Shown piece after piece: positions 61,941-64,000 of a DNA stretch of 64,000 nucleotides; within the stretch, counting starts at the first letter, position 1; each line of letters opens with the position of its first letter. Source of the DNA: Bdellovibrio sp. (lineage in GTDB: Bacteria; Bdellovibrionota; Bdellovibrionia; Bdellovibrionales; Bdellovibrionaceae); NCBI GenBank assembly GCA_036677065.1, contig JAKFBS010000001.1, forward strand, positions 128,001-192,000. The letters are read 5' to 3'. The position numbers and the translations under genes were made by a program. The notes below the pieces were generated by a model. The model saw only the letters and a program-made list of their open reading frames with translations, ran no database searches and was not told where the DNA came from.

Positions 61941-63806
61941 ATGCGTTCTAGTAGTAAACTTAATCTTTTATTGATGGCAGCAATTTGTGCGATGTCATTA
62001 AACTTCGCCCAAGCCCAAGAAACTCCGCCACAAAACGGAGATACGCCGGTAGATAATCCTGCTGATGATAATTCAGGTGTCGATAAAGATAAGGTCAAAA
62101 AGAAATTACGTGCAGATTTTTTTCTAGATTTTGATTGGGGTGAAGAAGTTCTAAACTTAACGCCGCACCCTAGAAATACTCCTCCGAATGGTTTTTACGA
62201 AGCCGCTTCAGACACACTAATTTTGGGTGATTATTCAAAAGGATTTCGAGTTACAAAATATTCAGAAATTTCTGCTGGCCTTGGCGGAAAACTAAATTGG
62301 CATTTTCCAAATCAAACGGGATTAGCTGGTAAGTTATGGCTTACAGTTGGTTTAATGCCAATGGCCGGAAAAACTTCGGTATCACATCAACATCAGCCGT
62401 CATTTGAAAAAGCAATGAACGCGAAAGCCCGCAAAGTGCCTCTTGAAGCCACTGATTTTAAGACCTGGGCGATGAATGATTCTGTGAACTATTCATCTAC
62501 TGGCGGATTAATTTTTTCGGTCGGCGTTGGGGTTCCGGGTGTAAATATTGGTTCAGACTTTATCGTTCAAGGTACTTTTTCTACTTACATAGAAAAAGTA
62601 AGTGCGAACGAAGTTTACGTTATGATTTCTAATACCGATGCCAAAAGCTTAGTGATGCAAGTTGATGCAACGGTAGTTCAAGTTGGCGTTACAAAATATA
62701 AAGAAATCGAAGAAGGTATGTCTTACATGATCAATTACGCTGATCCTGTAGGTTACAAAGCGTATCATGATTTGATCCGCGGCAACGTGGCTGCGATTCA
62801 GTTGTTGTTACAAGACCCTAACGTAACGGCTATCCAAAAATGGGAAAAACTAAACCGTGTACAAATTCGTAAATTAGCTCATTTTAATTTTGGCATCCCC
62901 TTTATTATGTCTTGGGGTTGGACTGCCGGAAAAATCTATGAATTCAGCGACACGCGCGCGTTTTACGATAACACCCGCGCCGAAGTGGATTACGGCGTGT
63001 ACATTAAAGAAAAAAGAAAGAAAATTTTTGGCAGCAAAACGGTACAAACAGAATCTTTTTACGGCTCAGTTTACAGATTGTATAATTATGATAATGACTT
63101 AATGACTAAATATATCTTCGGTCAGTACGTATTTAATGCCGATGATAATAAAGCTAAAACTAAAGACATGAAAAAAGTTATCGGTAACCTTATTGAAAAA
63201 ACAGGTTTACGTCAGTTAGATCTAAATATTCCGAAATATAAAAAATTAAAATTTTCGCGAATTAACTTAGAAGTCAATTTTGATGAAGATCAGACTTTAA
63301 ATATCATGAACACGGTGTCTCGCCTGTTACCAGAAACAGTGGCAGAGCGTGCAAATCAGTTAGCCGTTAGCTTTTTAACCAGCGAGAGCCAAATGTTAGC
63401 TCTCTGCACGCCAGAAGAAACGCAAGTTCCGATGTCGACAGAGGCGTGCCTGGCTAAATACTACGCCGAAAACACTGAAGCCTCTTCAACTTTAGTTAGA
63501 GCAGCTAAACTGATGAAAAAACACTTCGAAGCTGGCAATGATAAAGCTTTTTCTTTAGCCTATGCTGATTTTGGTAAATCGATGTTAAAAAATGCAACGA
63601 TGTTTCAGGCAATCTTAGGCATGGCCGGTGCCGGAGCCGAGATTGTGTACAACGTACAAAACACGTACTTTCAAAGTTATCGCGTGATCTACGTAACTAC
63701 AAATTCTGCAGGGGTTTTCAAAAGAATGTCGGTTGATACAGAGCCAACTTGGATTTTTGGTAACACAAATCTAAACGAAGCTTTTAAAGTGGCTGCAGGA
63801 ATGTAA
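61941..63806 (+). CDS. Large hypothetical secreted protein
   Basis: SD-like GGAAG before ATG 61941; signal ending AQA; no family recognised. Confidence 0.8.
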   Translation: MRSSSKLNLLLMAAICAMSLNFAQAQETPPQNGDTPVDNPADDNSGVDKDKVKKKLRADFFLDFDWGEEVLNLTPHPRNTPPNGFYEAASDTLILGDYSKGFRVTKYSEISAGLGGKLNWHFPNQTGLAGKLWLTVGLMPMAGKTSVSHQHQPSFEKAMNAKARKVPLEATDFKTWAMNDSVNYSSTGGLIFSVGVGVPGVNIGSDFIVQGTFSTYIEKVSANEVYVMISNTDAKSLVMQVDATVVQVGVTKYKEIEEGMSYMINYADPVGYKAYHDLIRGNVAAIQLLLQDPNVTAIQKWEKLNRVQIRKLAHFNFGIPFIMSWGWTAGKIYEFSDTRAFYDNTRAEVDYGVYIKEKRKKIFGSKTVQTESFYGSVYRLYNYDNDLMTKYIFGQYVFNADDNKAKTKDMKKVIGNLIEKTGLRQLDLNIPKYKKLKFSRINLEVNFDEDQTLNIMNTVSRLLPETVAERANQLAVSFLTSESQMLALCTPEETQVPMSTEACLAKYYAENTEASSTLVRAAKLMKKHFEAGNDKAFSLAYADFGKSMLKNATMFQAILGMAGAGAEIVYNVQNTYFQSYRVIYVTTNSAGVFKRMSVDTEPTWIFGNTNLNEAFKVAAGM

Positions 63807-63838
63807 AGGTGTAAGTTAACAGTTAAGTAACAAAATTG

Positions 63839-63883
63839 AAAAAGCCAGCCACAAGGATACTGTGAAGCTGGCTTTTTTCTTTT
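63839..63883. terminator. Bidirectional terminator
   Basis: AAAAAGCCAGC...GCTGGCTTTTT. Confidence 0.75.
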
Positions 63884-63999
63884 TACGAAGCTTTACCGCC
63901 AGAGGCGTGACCAGTGCCAGAAGCATGGTCAGCTAAAATAACTTCTTTTGCTTTTTCAGAAACAATTAAAGTCGGAAGCATAATAAATAAACCCGGAAT
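63883..63999 (-). CDS. C-terminal end of a probable GMC-family oxidoreductase (runs in from outside the window)
   Basis: IPGLFIMLPTLIVSEKAKEVILAD...* resembles the GMC C-terminal P....SEKA..IL motif. Confidence 0.55.
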   Translation of the reverse strand: MPGLFIMLPTLIVSEKAKEVILADHASGTGHASGGKAS

Positions 64000-64000
64000 A

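Noticed and set aside
44127..64000. tRNA-Ser-anchored integrative island or prophage
   Set aside because: No integrase, no duplicated tRNA 3' end (att site) seen, no phage genes; treated only as an accessory region

Overview
AT-rich bacterial chromosome segment next to the replication origin. Gene content and order (recF-gyrB-gyrA, an F0-only atp cluster, pgm-pdxA-three SurA/parvulin PPIases, etfBA, sdhCAB, rpsF-DUF2232-rplI, groESL, many secreted or lipoprotein hypotheticals) point to a Bdellovibrionota predator, possibly Pseudobdellovibrio-like; this taxonomy is inferred. Positions 1-36.7 kb are mostly core genes. 34-42.4 kb is a peroxide-defence and signalling block: ahpCF, a REC-HD-GYP protein, a di-heme cytochrome c peroxidase coupled to a sensor kinase, and a stand-alone REC protein. 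Three tRNAs follow (Asn, Arg, Ser). Then comes a ~20 kb accessory region rich in glycan-related genes: a TPR-GGDEF diguanylate cyclase, a secreted glycoside-hydrolase-like protein, three tandem beta-propeller lectin-like paralogs (one frameshifted), SGNH and EEP enzymes, and an operon of outer-membrane protein + NfrB-like GT2 synthase + DUF2334 deacetylase-like protein that is a candidate uncharacterised exopolysaccharide system. Finer signals read from the DNA: a probable AUU start on the hemolysin-III gene, three frameshifted accessory genes, an S6:S18-type leader on an operon lacking rpsR, paired palindromic operators over the DUF2239 promoter, and a dispersed REP-like palindrome. I saw no CRISPR array, rRNA, integrase or transposase.
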